From Iphione sp. A-MEVVRFRX5 (Eukaryota), in assembly GCA_976226885.1 (NCBI GenBank), contig OZ320323.1:2914001-2978000 (forward strand): DNA of 64,000 nt, read 5' to 3'. Numbering within the stretch: the first letter of the stretch is position 1; the number at the start of each line of letters is the position of its first letter. Shown here one piece after another: positions 55,388 through 64,000 of the stretch. A program made the translations under genes and the position numbers. The notes below the pieces were generated by a model. The model saw nothing but the letters and a program-made list of their open reading frames with translations, made no database searches and was not told the origin of the DNA.

Positions 55388-57404
55388 TGAAAGAGAGATG
55401 AATGTCAAGTTCCTCGTTAAAGATATGAGAAAATGAATAATGTTATCAGTGCGAATGTGAAGGCCTAGAATAATACTTGTTTTGTGAAAATGTTCTTGAT
55501 GTCAAAACTTTAAACATGTTCACGGCTGCACAATATAGCGCATTGTTCTCCAATCTGTAGACATCTCACCATGTGTTAGTATTCTCTTTACGAATAAATC
55601 TACGCACTGTGTTATGGTAGGACGACAATTTATTGTTAGAAAGAGTCCACACGAACAAGCATTGCATGTAATTGAGAAGTGTAAGTATATGTAGATATAC
55701 GTGTATAGGTCAATAATAAATTCATGTTTTCCACATTAAAAATCAGTGAGGGCATTGGTTGCAGTACGTCTGACGTTTCAGTGAATACACCTAATTTATC
55801 ATTTATCTTATAGATGCCTAGAATCTGCTTAACTTCGATTTAAACCTAGGTTCAAAACAAATTGGTTTAAAGGGTTCTTATTCACATTGTATGCATTGTA
55901 ATTACGCTGAAGAGCATCACTGTTAACAAAACAACAAGATGACTGGTAAACTTGTTATTGTTGAGGATACTTCTTTTAAGAGCACACGAATATGCAAAAC
56001 GTTGATATCGTTTATCGATTTGCGGGAAGATATGTAGTCGTCGACAAACAGGCTTGGATAAATAGCTGACTGCCTATAAGCCTGCTAAGAGAGGCTTCCA
56101 TGGGGAGTTGAGTATTGGTAAGCACCTCACTTTGCAAGGAATCATAAATTCCCATAAGTTTAAAAAACAATTTTCGATGATAAGTTCCTAGTAGGAAAGC
56201 ATATAATTTTAATAATACGAAATTTTCATTTGAAAACAGGTTCCTATATCGTGAGTTCACCGTGGAAAAGCACATCACTTCGCAATGAATGAGAACTTTT
56301 TCATTTAAAAACGGGTTTCTATGGTGAGCTCACAATGGGAAGACGTAACTTTGTGATCAATCCTAGGCGACTCTCATTTATTAGATAAACGGTTTCATGT
56401 GGCCGTCAAGTGGAGGGGGGAGCACTGTGACTGTCAGTTACTGATCTGGTATCAAGCCCATGGAAATAGAATTGTCCTTAAATACTGATTCGCAGATATA
56501 GCAAGTCTATTTTCTCTGCTATGTCATAGTGACAATATGTGCACGTTTATAAATGTACATTGTTCAAAGTTAACAGCTCTTATTCAAGAATGTGTTAGTG
56601 GCAGTTTTTTTCCTTTTAGTGTCCCTTGTTATGATCGGTGAAACCTATGCCACCTAGCTGAGGTTCCAGTACTGCAACTCGGTGTATATCCTCAAAGGCA
56701 TAATGCCTCACAAACTCACTCAATGTACTGTATTAATTAGGAAGTGCAGGCGACTTGATCCCACCATTGTCTATACCATGTATGTATATACACACCATTC
56801 AGTAGCATGTTACCATTGCCTTCTGTCTCGATGGCTGGTCGTAGGAACAGACCTGTTACTTGTCTTCGTTAGGGTGATCATTACAAACAAATGTACTTCT
56901 TAGTCTTATTCACATCGTACAAGGTTTGGGTGATTATTTTTGTATATGATTGTTGACCCTATGATGACCATTACCTATTTTTGAAATGAAATATTGCATG
57001 GGGCATGATGGTAATACGATAATAAACATAAATAAAAAAGGTCTTTTGTTTGTTTTATGTCACGTGGCATCAGTATATATAGGTGAACATGTACACCATA
57101 GTATTTCAACTTAATGCAGGCTCTGAAGTAATTCATGTACAGTCGATTCATTATCATCATAATAATATCCCTCGCCCTTAAGAAGGATATCTAACCAGAT
57201 ATCCTCGCCCTGTAAGGCAATTACCTCATATGAGTCAATTCTCCATTACCAGCCGCATCAATTTGCGACCAAATTGGCTATTGCGACCATTTGAGCTCAG
57301 AACCTAAATTTTGCCTACACATAATGTATACATAATTAAGACCAATCAATAAAAGATCAATTCTGGTATATTTTACTATCGATTACCGACCATAGCAATT
57401 AGCC

Positions 57405-57557
57405 GATCGCTGAATGTTGAAGTAACAGGTACCGCAGACGTCACTTTTACAAAATTAACACATTGTCACAATTTAAAGCCCTGTGATTGGTCAATTCTCA
57501 TTAAGACGTCACAATTCGTAAAAATGACGTTGGCACAACCCATTACTTCTACATTCA
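57405..57557. mobile_element. ~150-bp palindromic MITE, copy 3
   Basis: tgaatgttgaagtaacagg...cccattacttctacattca inverted ends. Confidence 0.65.
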
Positions 57558-57623
57558 ACAATCCGTTAATTGAAAGAGTGGTTGGGGGAGACCAGAGGAG
57601 TCAACGGGTGGGGAGTTAGCTCA

Positions 57624-57900
57624 GGGTGGGCAGTTAGCTCAGTGGTAGAGCACTGGTCCACTAAATGAGAGGTCACAGGTTCAATCCCAGGCTTGGGACT
57701 CTTCATCAACACCAAACAGATTTACTATAACCCAACCCAGAGTGGTCCACAGCTCATAAAAAGGCTGTGGGTGTATAGGATTCTGTCCTCCATGTGCAAA
57801 AATATTCCAGAAACCTATTTGAAATTTAAAGTAGGGGCAACCCCAGGTATTCTGGTCTCTTCATTCTCAATGATAGACAGTAATATGTGACCCCAGGAGG
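57624..57900 (+). mobile_element. tRNA-derived SINE
   Basis: Pol III A box TAGCTCAGTGG (57634-57644) and B box GGTTCAATCCC (57677-57687), followed by a ~200-bp body shared with 55101-55387. Confidence 0.75.
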
Positions 57901-58369
57901 ATATAGAAGAGCCCTGTCATATGATAGGTGAATATCTAGTTCCTGGTAAAAGATACAATGAAATGAAATAAAACGGCAAGCCTCTCTGATGTTACTTACA
58001 CCCTTGAGAGGCTGGTGGGAGAGACCTCTCTGATGTACCTCACACCTGGGATAATGATTGAAAGAGTGGAGGGCTGGCCAGGGGAGACAAGGGGCATCAA
58101 CTGTATTTTTAAGTACTGACATATACATACAGTATTGACATACATACCATACACCCAAGGGTCGGCTAGGAAGCACCTGTTATCCAGTGTAGGAGCTCAG
58201 CAGGTACCAGGTGGCGCCAGCAGTCCCGCCGGCGTTGCCTCGAGTCAATATTCTCCGTAAAAATGAAAAATAATCGACTTTAAAAGAAAGATCATCAGAA
58301 AAAAAACTATCTTACTTTTAACTACAACTATGTATGATTTGTTTCCGTATTTCATGTAATTTTTTCTAT

Positions 58370-58413
58370 GTTGACCGAGGCAACCTCCAAATACCAATCT
58401 TGTTGACAGCAAC
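58370..58413 (+). promoter_or_regulatory. Two RFX X-box-like motifs
   Basis: GTTGACCGAGGCAAC (58370-58384) and GTTGACAGCAAC (58402-58413) fit GTNRCC-N0-3-RGYAAC with one mismatch each, 35-80 bp upstream of the putative CLUAP1 ATG. Confidence 0.55.
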
Positions 58414-58447
58414 AGTAACAGACGGTTGGCGCTTCGATCCGTACACA

Positions 58448-58469
58448 ATGTCTTACAGAGATTTAAGAA
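58448..58469 (+). CDS. CLUAP1: Probable first coding exon of clusterin-associated protein 1 / IFT38 (MSYRDLR, phase 1)
   Basis: ATG TCT TAC AGA GAT TTA AGA A|GTAAGT. Matches the conserved CLUAP1 N-terminus MSFRDLRN(FTEMMRALGYPR) in 6 of 7 residues, with a perfect donor and X-box-like motifs upstream. Only 7 codons are visible; downstream exons would lie beyond the window. Confidence 0.6.
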
Positions 58470-59227
58470 GTAAGTATCACGTCGTTTATTTGATAACAGT
58501 GGGCGTAAACTATAACATGGGTAGATATTATCGTATCATTATGTTACAAGTAATATTATGAGTACAGTTAGCGATAATACTATCAGTTGCATTACCACTG
58601 TTCAGACTGACAACATAACTACAAAAACAAACTAGAAGGACAAAAAGTGAAGTCAAACGAAGTTATTATCTTGATGGGATGGCGTTTCTGACTTCAAATT
58701 AGTAAGGTTACAGTAGTACTAAACGGAAAATTGGGGAAAGAAAATTGTGAATGATCGTACACGGGTGACATGTAGTACCTGAAGTTGAACTGATGCAGGT
58801 CATTCTAGTCAGGCAGACAGACAGTCGGGACGGCCTAAAAAAAAGCAACTCTGATTTAATTTACCAGCCCAGTCATGTAGTAGTAGTTGCCCCTTACTGT
58901 TTTGCCAGCTTTACACATGAAAAACCCGAAGATGGTTTGGCAATCACTGCTGAAATAAAAAGTATCCAGATGACTGACACCCCAGACGATTGGGCTTGGA
59001 CAACTGAGCAAGAACTTGACCTGTCCCAATAGTTCTTTTAAAACCCAAGAGTTAATAATAGTCTGATTTCGATGCAACAAAATACATTCGAAAGCTGAGG
59101 TTAGGGCAAAGACATGCAGTGGTGTATACTATGTGCATATATTCATTATTTCTTAGAGAATTATGACAAAAACTCAGTCATAATTTGTGCAGCCATGGAT
59201 AGTGGTGGTGGTGGTGAGAGGAAGAGG

Positions 59228-59267
<40 letters not shown>

Positions 59268-59592
59268 ACATGAACAAATCATAGCAAGAAGTAGAACATA
59301 CACTTCCCTGCCCTTCCTGGGTCTGAAATTATCACCAGATTTGTGTTAAATTTCAGAGCTAGGACCATTGTCACATTTGTCACCCAAAAATGTCCAACAC
59401 TTTCATTTGGTGAAGGTTTCATTAAAATTGGACAACTAGAAATGGGTGTGTTTTGCCTGAGAAGACACCGCCTATCCTGCCCTTTACCAGTAACGCAGTT
59501 TGACCCAAGGTGTCCTAGCCTGATTAATGATGTTGTGTATGTGTGAGGAGATCAGAAATGTCTGTTGTGGTGCAACCCTCCAACTTTCTTAC

Positions 59593-59837
59593 TGTTACGG
59601 TGTTTACCGCTCCTTAAACTCATGACGCCAAGAACACAGAGGTAAGTTGAAAAGATGTTTATTCCAACAGAACTGGTCTTAAACTGAGCCGCCCCCCATC
59701 TCCTGCTCACCCTTATATAATGTTACTGAGGAGCTTCCACGCACAGATGCGCTCGCACAATCACCAACGCACGACCACAACCTCGCACAACCAAGCTCGC
59801 ACACTCTCATCACAATCACCACCACACGCGCGCAACA
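59593..59837 (-). repeat. Gypsy 3' LTR (245 bp)
   Basis: The minus strand begins TGTTG and ends TAACA; it contains TATATAA and AATAAA and is immediately preceded by PPT AAGAAGGGGGAAG (59838-59850). Confidence 0.85.
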
Positions 59838-60608
59838 CTTCCCCCTTCTTAGTTTCTACCGTCTCGGTAGAACAACGACACTAACAACAGGTCTGCACTA
59901 GCTCAGACCAACTTCAAGAGAACTCCATTCCACAGGAATGGTAAGAGATGTAACCGCACAGTACAGTGCTAGGCTTAGGAGAGTTACTGGAATAGTTTGC
60001 CAGAACAGACATGATGAACACTTGTACCAACTACAATCTTACAGTAATATTTCCAATATGGAAAATCACATCAACTTATAGCCCAAGTACATGAGCTTAC
60101 TGGCCTACAGTGGCCCAAGAAAAGGAGATGCAACATACTCCATAAAAACTTTAACAAGTCCTTATCCTTCCTCTTATGTAAGGTCAGAATCCACTAGGAT
60201 CCCCAGTACAGGGGAAACTTAGTCTGGTTACCTCCACACATCACAGGACACCACAACACTACCGAAAATAAAACAGTGCAAAAGGCACCGGAGCTGAGCT
60301 CTACACATTACAGGACACACAACAGAATTCACGCGACATTCAAGGTACCCTCATCAATAGGCAACAAGGTAACAAGCCTAACGTTAAGCTCAACAACTCC
60401 TTAGCCTAAACACATGAGGCAATTTTGTATGCTAGGGGTACATACATCATGGACATGAGAAATACAAAGACGTGGTCTGCTAACCAGAGCCACGGCCAAG
60501 GGGGACCCAGCGGTCTGGTTTACGACTCTCCCCTCAGATAAAATTAACCAAACTACCTCCCGGAGAGGAAGGAAAACAACCCATAAGGGGTCGAGAGAAT
60601 ATTCCCTA

Positions 60609-63600
60609 TTACTTATCTAGCAGGTACTCGAACTCCTCTGACATGGTGAAAATCCGCATATTTGGGCCATCGCTAGTGTGTCCCCACTGTTCTTTGACCA
60701 GCCGGGGCTGGCGACCTTCCAACATGGCCGACCGTTCGTAGTACCAAACGCGTACGCCAAGGATAGTCCCTGCGTCCGTTCGCTTCAGGGTCATGGACTG
60801 CTCCACGGTCAGTGTCACCACTCGCCCTTCGACCCGGGTACGAGTAAGTCCCTCGGTTTCTTGGATTAACCAGCCTGGTGGAGGGGCAACATCGGGGGTA
60901 ACCAACCTGGCCGTCTGCCAAAGAATGAGGAGCTGGGGAACCACCGTGGGCTCTCCAGAAATGGTGAAACGCTCACTCTTTCTGTTGACCTGCACTAGCA
61001 GTCCAGCTTCTTCCCCAGGGTCCAAGTCTGAACCCAGGTTGGCACCTTTTCTCGGACTGTTGGCCCGGGGACGCACAGGTGACCCTTGTGGAGTAATCCG
61101 GGGTCGCACAGGTGACCCTTGGGGGGTAATCCGGGCCACCAGATCGCGCCGATCCACGGGTTTCCCCGTCGTCGGTCCTCCCGTCCTGGTCGGCGTCCCA
61201 GGGGGCAGTGCAGGGGGAGCCGCACCCGCATCCGCGATGATGGTGATGTCGCTGTCACCGTTCGGCTCCTTCTCCTCTGCGGTCTTGACTACGAACTCTT
61301 GCCCCGGTAAGAGGGCCACCCCGTCACACACGAACTCCTGGTCCTTTCCCGACACCCGGATCTCTTTGTTGGGTACACGGTAATCCAGGCGTGGGGTCTG
61401 GGCCACAGTCTCGGTGGTGAGTCCCTTGGGCGGGTAACTGGCCTCGACCTCTGAGGCCGACGAGATGTCCTCGTAAACCGGGGCCTGTACAGTTGCCACC
61501 GAAGAAGGAGCGGACGCCCGGGGGGTCTGAGTGTGAGGAGGTCGCATGTCCGGCTCCCGGAATCCTCCAGCAGGTATCGTACCAGTCACAGCGGTCGTGC
61601 CAGTCACAGCGGTTCCCGCTCCCGTCGGGGTTGGGGTGGGGACCGCAGGGGGGACTGGCATGTCCCGGCGTCCCCCACTGGAAGACACCTGGTCCCCATG
61701 CCCAACCCCTTCGTCCAACTCCATGAGGCAGGTCTGGTCAGGGTCAGTTCCCTCAACCCCCGGGGCCACCCGCACGTCTCCACCGCCGGGAGCCATCGTC
61801 CCCTGACCTGTGATGGACTGAGTGTGCGACTGCCCCACGTCCCCGGTGGTAGTGGTCACGGTTACCACCGTGTCGGTCGCTGTCGTCGGCGGGCCTGAAT
61901 CAGAACCTGACAACCCCTGCAGATTCCCAAGTCCTGCCAGGAATTCAGAAGGGCTCCAATCTGAGTCGGCTGGGGACCACGCGATCACCTTCTTGGGCGG
62001 CGCCCCACCCTCGTCACTGGATATGAGGATGACACTGGTCTTCTTCTTGCCTCTAGGCCCCAGGGAAGAGTCGGAGGACGACGAGCCAGGTGTGGCTCCA
62101 CTGGAGGAGTCGCCCACCCGTAGTTGCCCGACGCGCAGAGGGGGGAGGGCCTTCTCTGACTTTCGGCGGGAAGCGAGTCCTTTACCCTTGGTTACCTTCC
62201 GTACGGCCGTATCCGAACTGGGTACCCGTCGCACCGGCGGACCCACCTCGCTGTGGCTTCCGCCCTTGCCTTTCTGGGGAACGACTACCCCTGAGGGGCC
62301 TGGGACCGGCTGGGCAACGGGGGTGGGAGCCATCCCCTCACCGGAAGGCCCCGGCATAGGAGCAGGAGAGGGCCTAGGCGTCAGAGGGGGCGGCACACGA
62401 GTAGCCCCCGAGTCCCCTGTCTCCCGCCGTTGTCGTGCCTCCTCTTCCATCTCGGCCCGCTCTTTCCGCCGCTTCTTGGCCTCCATGATACGCTGGTACT
62501 GGTATTCTTCTTCCAGTTCAGCGGGCATACGTTGAGGGTAACCCCGCGTGGGGTTTGAGCCCTCAAACATCAGATACTCGATGTCTATCTTCTGCCCTAA
62601 CTCCAGGCCATGATGGACTAGGCGGAGATGGCGGACCAGGTCGGATCGTCGATGGAACGCTTGACTCCGGCAGGTGGGCGTGGGACACCGGCGCCCAAAC
62701 CCCACGATCTCATGCTTCTCCTCGATATGTTTAAGGAGACGATACTTGTTGGGGAATGCCCGGTCGCAATACTGGCACTCCCACTTCGCCTTGGTTGACG
62801 ACATGCCGGCGCCGAGGAGGTGCGAAGCAAGCCCGCATGAGTCGCTCACAGAAGCGGTAGATGCCCGCACGGGAAACTCGCACGACTGGTCTCCAGGAGC
62901 GGTCAACCCGCAGGGTGCGATCTTGCCACGCGCGCGAAGCTGAACGGAGAACCCTCGCACAGGTGCGGTAGTGATTGCACTGGCCGGTCCCGGAGCAAGT
63001 TCGATAGTGCGGTGGCGCCCTGCAGCGACAAGGGGTAATCCGATAATCGCTCGAGCACCGTAATCCAGATCGAACGATCTTCCCCCCAATCCATAATTCC
63101 CCGCATGAAATCGATCCAAATGCCAGCCAACATGATCTAAACAGTTACTCACGAGGATAGTCCAACAATTTTCGCACAGGGGAGGCCGTTTCCCTTCGGA
63201 ATTCCAGTTATTCCTTCGTAGCGACGCTAATCGGCACTTTCCTCCAGCAGATTTCAGTTCCTCCAGCGTCCTTCCAGGAGGCGCCCTAATCGCGCGCTCA
63301 TGGTAGTGCGTTCGTTCCTCGCTAGAGGGCGACTCTGTTCGACCGCTATCGCACGCACTACGTGCGAGGCCCATTCTTTCAGGTGGCGCTCCACTCGTGC
63401 GCTCTTGTTCGTGCGCGCACTTTCCGCTAGGTGGCGACTCGCTCCCGTACCAGCTGTCCTCGCACGACTCGTGCCCGCCTTCCGCGCACGAACATCGGCC
63501 GACGACGTCCTCCGCTAAGCGCAGCCTCCTCACCACCGCCAGACTTTCTGCCGATTCCTGATCTTCTACTTCAGTGGGAGCATCCATAATTGCCTTCTTC

Positions 63601-64000
63601 AAGAGATCACCATGGACTATTTTTGTAGTCCTGCCTTTCTTGATGCGGAAGACCACCAGAGACAGTTGCTGGTCAATAATCCAGGGGCCTGTCCACCAGC
63701 GCTCCAGCTTCGGTGAGCGACCAGGCTTTTTCACAGGTTGAAACAGCCACACTGATTGCCCCACCTCCAACTTTTGAGGACGAACCCGGTTATCATACCA
63801 GTCAGCTTGCCTTTTTGCCACTTTCTTCAATTGCTGGGCCACCCCTCGGTACGCCGATTGCGCCTCCTGGTGTAAGTCCTGTGCGTAGAGGGGGAGATCA
63901 AAATCCTCTCTTTCCGGGCCCCCATACATCACCTCCACCGGAAGCCTGGTTTCACGCTGCGTCATCAGCCAGTTCGGGGTGTGACCAGTGCTTGCATGGG
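60609..64000 (-). CDS. Gypsy pol C-terminus: integrase tail fused in frame to a ~990-aa extension with C2H2 zinc fingers
   Basis: Uninterrupted ORF of at least 1118 aa, open to the window edge. The first ~125 aa are the integrase C-terminal region (GPF/Y-type motif KLERWWTGPW). Later come CQYC-x12-H-x4-H and CPTPTC-x13-H-x4-H fingers. Confidence 0.85.
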   Translation of the reverse strand, partial: HASTGHTPNWLMTQRETRLPVEVMYGGPEREDFDLPLYAQDLHQEAQSAYRGVAQQLKKVAKRQADWYDNRVRPQKLEVGQSVWLFQPVKKPGRSPKLERWWTGPWIIDQQLSLVVFRIKKGRTTKIVHGDLLKKAIMDAPTEVEDQESAESLAVVRRLRLAEDVVGRCSCAEGGHESCEDSWYGSESPPSGKCAHEQERTSGAPPERMGLARSACDSGRTESPSSEERTHYHERAIRAPPGRTLEELKSAGGKCRLASLRRNNWNSEGKRPPLCENCWTILVSNCLDHVGWHLDRFHAGNYGLGGRSFDLDYGARAIIGLPLVAAGRHRTIELAPGPASAITTAPVRGFSVQLRARGKIAPCGLTAPGDQSCEFPVRASTASVSDSCGLASHLLGAGMSSTKAKWECQYCDRAFPNKYRLLKHIEEKHEIVGFGRRCPTPTCRSQAFHRRSDLVRHLRLVHHGLELGQKIDIEYLMFEGSNPTRGYPQRMPAELEEEYQYQRIMEAKKRRKERAEMEEEARQRRETGDSGATRVPPPLTPRPSPAPMPGPSGEGMAPTPVAQPVPGPSGVVVPQKGKGGSHSEVGPPVRRVPSSDTAVRKVTKGKGLASRRKSEKALPPLRVGQLRVGDSSSGATPGSSSSDSSLGPRGKKKTSVILISSDEGGAPPKKVIAWSPADSDWSPSEFLAGLGNLQGLSGSDSGPPTTATDTVVTVTTTTGDVGQSHTQSITGQGTMAPGGGDVRVAPGVEGTDPDQTCLMELDEGVGHGDQVSSSGGRRDMPVPPAVPTPTPTGAGTAVTGTTAVTGTIPAGGFREPDMRPPHTQTPRASAPSSVATVQAPVYEDISSASEVEASYPPKGLTTETVAQTPRLDYRVPNKEIRVSGKDQEFVCDGVALLPGQEFVVKTAEEKEPNGDSDITIIADAGAAPPALPPGTPTRTGGPTTGKPVDRRDLVARITPQGSPVRPRITPQGSPVRPRANSPRKGANLGSDLDPGEEAGLLVQVNRKSERFTISGEPTVVPQLLILWQTARLVTPDVAPPPGWLIQETEGLTRTRVEGRVVTLTVEQSMTLKRTDAGTILGVRVWYYERSAMLEGRQPRLVKEQWGHTSDGPNMRIFTMSEEFEYLLDK

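Larger units (their letters stand above)
59593..64000 (-). mobile_element. Ty3/Gypsy LTR retrotransposon, 3' portion (truncated by the window edge)
   Basis: Integrase C-terminus at the right edge (HASTGHTPNWLMTQRETRLP...KLERWWTGPW), polypurine tract and TG...CA LTR. Confidence 0.9.

Noticed and set aside
57628-57700. tRNA gene
   Set aside because: A and B boxes are present, but the acceptor and anticodon stems do not pair and the sequence continues into a repeat body shared with 55101-55387, so it is a SINE head.
60609-63600. Gypsy extension as an env gene
   Set aside because: No signal peptide, no transmembrane segment, and it is in frame with integrase.

Overview
Animal (most likely invertebrate metazoan) genomic scaffold with 7 short N-gaps. 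It holds three host genes. (1) The 5' eight coding exons of IFT70/TTC30 on the minus strand (ATG at 10848; the gene runs off the left edge). (2) A complete 16-exon FAM234B-like gene on the plus strand (11791-49204, 3003 nt, 1000 aa; type II membrane FG-GAP beta-propeller protein), head-to-head with IFT70 across about 940 bp. (3) A probable first coding exon of CLUAP1/IFT38 (MSYRDLR, 58448-58469) preceded by two RFX X-box-like motifs. Three large retroelements sit in introns: a full-length two-ORF CR1/L2-group LINE (33926-38880) inserted antisense into an older copy of its own family; a structurally complete DIRS1-type tyrosine-recombinase retrotransposon (41500-47244, ITRs plus ICR, two nonsense codons); and the 3' part of a Ty3/Gypsy element (59593 to window end) whose integrase continues in frame into a ~990-aa extension with C2H2 zinc fingers. 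The most striking non-gene pattern is that at least 8 exon boundaries of the two annotated genes are themselves amplified into tandem arrays (54-158 bp units, 2-10 copies), creating rows of decoy splice sites. All exon models, coordinates and family calls were made by eye without database searches.
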